From: an uncultured Chthonomonadaceae bacterium
Lineage (GTDB): Bacteria > Armatimonadota > Chthonomonadetes > Chthonomonadales > Chthonomonadaceae
Assembly (NCBI GenBank): GCA_963835065.1
Contig: CAWIEK010000002.1
Location: forward strand, 128,001 to 192,000
Length of the DNA stretch: 64,000 bases
Direction of reading: 5' to 3'
The translations under genes were made by a program, and so were the position numbers. Shown here piece by piece: positions 62,060 to 64,000 of the stretch. Within the stretch, counting starts at the first letter, position 1. The number at the start of each line of letters is the position of its first letter. Under the pieces are notes generated by a model. The model made no database searches. It was not told the origin of the DNA and saw nothing but the letters and a program-made list of their open reading frames with translations.

Positions 62060-62515
62060 ATGAATCAACTCAATTCTGAACAAAAGAAACTTCTTAAACG
62101 CCGGGGAGCCGATTTGAAGAAGTTTGTCGCTGATGCTTTCCCGTGCATTGGGGAGTTGCTTGCTCGTATCGGAGCCGATAATCAGTATAGTATCCAAGTT
62201 GATCTGGAACGGGTTTTGTCTGTTGTAGACACATGGTTTTCTGACTTTGAGTTTTCTGAACTTGATAGTCAGGATTTCGTATGGATCCAAACTCGCCTCA
62301 TGTAATTGATTGGAGAAGTTTTCATTATTCGTTATGGTGGACGATGGGAAGTGCAGTGGGATTCTGAAGCGGATTTCTTCGGACATTACATAATCAGCGT
62401 GTTTCAGAATGTGCTGCCCACTACCACGCTGCTCTCTCCCGCGTATGTTGCACTCAACTACATGCATGAGCCATTGGGACGCAGTTCTGTTTTTGAGAAT
62501 AGAACGAATACGTGA
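62060..62515 (+). pseudogene. Hypothetical protein interrupted by an in-frame TAA at 62303
   Basis: Two consecutive same-frame ORFs (..TRLM*LIGEVF..RYGGRW); lower GC. Confidence 0.55.
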
Positions 62516-62592
62516 GCAGGCGATTTCAGAGGGAGTACAATTTAATTTTAAATATAAATGAAATTAAATAAACATAAGAACGACGCGACAAG

Positions 62593-63156
62593 GTGAACCG
62601 ATTGCAACCAGAAGACTTGCCGGGTACGAACCCGAACACGCTGCCCTGCTTCATCACCGAAACGCAAACGGGACGCAGAGTTCCCGCGCGCTTTGAGCCG
62701 CTGACTTGGCAGGACACGGCGGAATTGAACAATGAAGATTGGACGCAGGCTGCCTTTGCACCAACATGGCTTCAACTTGTTCACAATGAACACGTTTATA
62801 AACTTATGCGCGTAGAAGAGCAAGATAGGCGAATTCAGGGACTAATTCATGTCGGCGTGGTTGTCCCCGGAATAACCTATCTGGCAAACAGCTTGCTTGA
62901 AGCCGCGCCTTTTAACCAGCGTCATAAGAACTTGCGGGAGTACATTGGCGTTGGGCGTGTTTTGGTAGCACGGCTGTCTGCCGAGAGTGTTAAGCAGGGT
63001 ATGCAAGGCCGCGTTTTGGTGCATCCACGTTCAGGAACGGAAGGGTTTTACACAGCATTGGGGTTCTATGCTTTGCCGCCGCGAAAGCGCAATTATGTTC
63101 TCGACGAGGAACCCGCAGCAACATTGCTTCAATCCGTTTGCCTGAAACCAAGTTAG
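62593..63156 (+). CDS. GNAT-like protein, copy 3 (intact)
   Basis: LLEAAPFN..YIGVGRVLVARL..FYTALGF, acetyl-CoA-binding motif A/B-like. Confidence 0.8.
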   Translation: MNRLQPEDLPGTNPNTLPCFITETQTGRRVPARFEPLTWQDTAELNNEDWTQAAFAPTWLQLVHNEHVYKLMRVEEQDRRIQGLIHVGVVVPGITYLANSLLEAAPFNQRHKNLREYIGVGRVLVARLSAESVKQGMQGRVLVHPRSGTEGFYTALGFYALPPRKRNYVLDEEPAATLLQSVCLKPS

Positions 63157-63215
63157 CCCAAACGGGAAGCTATGGACGTTACATCTGTCTGTATTGTCAG
63201 AAAGGAGAAATTAGC

Positions 63216-63437
63216 ATGGAAAGCAGAGAAGATCAAGCCACCCGCGCTCTTCAAATGGCAAGAGAAATGATGGATCAGGAATGGATTGCCACTGGCGTTA
63301 CGAGAGAAGAATTAGATCAGGACAGACAACTGGCGCAGTTGTTTGACAAACTGGTGACGGGCGGACGTTCCAGTAAAGACATCGTTGCGGAATGGGAACA
63401 CAAAACGCCGGAAGAAATTCTGCGCGAGTACGCCTAG
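63216..63437 (+). CDS. Small partner protein, copy 3
   Basis: AAGGAG RBS; EWEHKTPEEILREYA. Confidence 0.75.
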   Translation: MESREDQATRALQMAREMMDQEWIATGVTREELDQDRQLAQLFDKLVTGGRSSKDIVAEWEHKTPEEILREYA

Positions 63438-63640
63438 TGGATCAGGCCATGCCGCTCGATGAGCGCCTGCAATACCGCCTCCACCTTATTATAGACCAAC
63501 TTGTTCGCGGCATCGCAGTAAATGCGCCTTTGTCGTTCACGCTGCAATTCGAGAATGGATACGCGCTGACCATTTATGATCACGAGAAGCAGTACGAGTG
63601 CTTTTCCATACATACAGACGGTCGTTCCTACTACATCTGA
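63437..63640 (+). CDS. Small hypothetical protein or fragment
   Basis: GTG overlapping the upstream stop; LQFENGY.L.I.D...YE.F.I. Confidence 0.45.
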   Translation: MDQAMPLDERLQYRLHLIIDQLVRGIAVNAPLSFTLQFENGYALTIYDHEKQYECFSIHTDGRSYYI

Positions 63641-63897
63641 AACCAAGCCGCAGTTTGATGCAAATGCCACGCCCAACCAATTGTTGCAGCGGACAGACTC
63701 CATTTGATGCCCTGAACAAACCAAAACTGGGCAGGCCTGCCCGCCGTTACTGGAGCATTGAACCGGCCCGTAAATATCTTTACCATCCCGCCTGATAAGA
63801 GGTCAGACGGGTATCTTTTTGCCTCTCCGATGGCTCTGTTTGTGGTACACTATACAACCAATGTCTACTATGTTTGGGAGTCGGGGAGGACGTGAAC

Positions 63898-64000
63898 ATG
63901 GGCGAGTTTCAACTGATTTCGGACTATACTCCGGGCGGCGATCAACCCGTTGCCATTGACAAACTGGCGCAGGGCATCCGCGACGGCAAGAAGTTCCAGA
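63898..64000 (+). CDS. uvrB: Excinuclease ABC subunit B, 5' end; runs off the window
   Basis: Own translation [27 protein letters not shown] matches the UvrB N-terminal GDQP motif; GGAGG RBS. Confidence 0.85.
   Translation, partial: MGEFQLISDYTPGGDQPVAIDKLAQGIRDGKKFQ

Noticed and set aside
60384..63437. Possible CRISPR array or integron cassette array
   Set aside because: The repeats are kb-scale coding paralogs; no constant-length spacers, recognisable attC sites, cas genes or integrase seen
1..64000. tRNA, rRNA, tmRNA, SRP RNA, known riboswitches and prophage genes
   Set aside because: No recognisable signatures found by inspection; a covariance-model scan would be needed to exclude them

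Overview
GC-rich bacterial chromosomal window with about 60 genes. The gene content (three prepilin/H-X9-DG proteins, a PEP-CTERM protein, a BTAD-NB-ARC-TPR regulator) suggests Armatimonadota or a similar lineage; this is inference. Most genes are ordinary metabolism or transport genes, with small toxin-antitoxin-like cassettes and many 7-10 nt tandem or inverted repeats between them. The standout is a two-gene unit on the minus strand (4737-8762). An ECF sigma factor is translationally coupled (ATGA overlap) to an approximately 1145-aa miniature RNA-polymerase-like protein. That protein fuses collinear RpoB and RpoC core motifs and keeps DFDGD, FED, GDKxxxRHGxKG and the sigma2-binding clamp coiled-coil. 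It appears to lack the beta lobe, beta flap, beta-prime Zn sites, rudder and trigger loop, and it is split by one +1 frameshift that is probably an assembly error. Other notable regions are a polyphosphate-related cluster with split CHAD and split Ppx/GppA genes, a triplicated and decaying GNAT plus small-protein module upstream of uvrB, DprE1/DprE2-like genes, and heptamer repeats that have entered coding sequences. All family assignments come from motif recognition by eye; no database searches were run.
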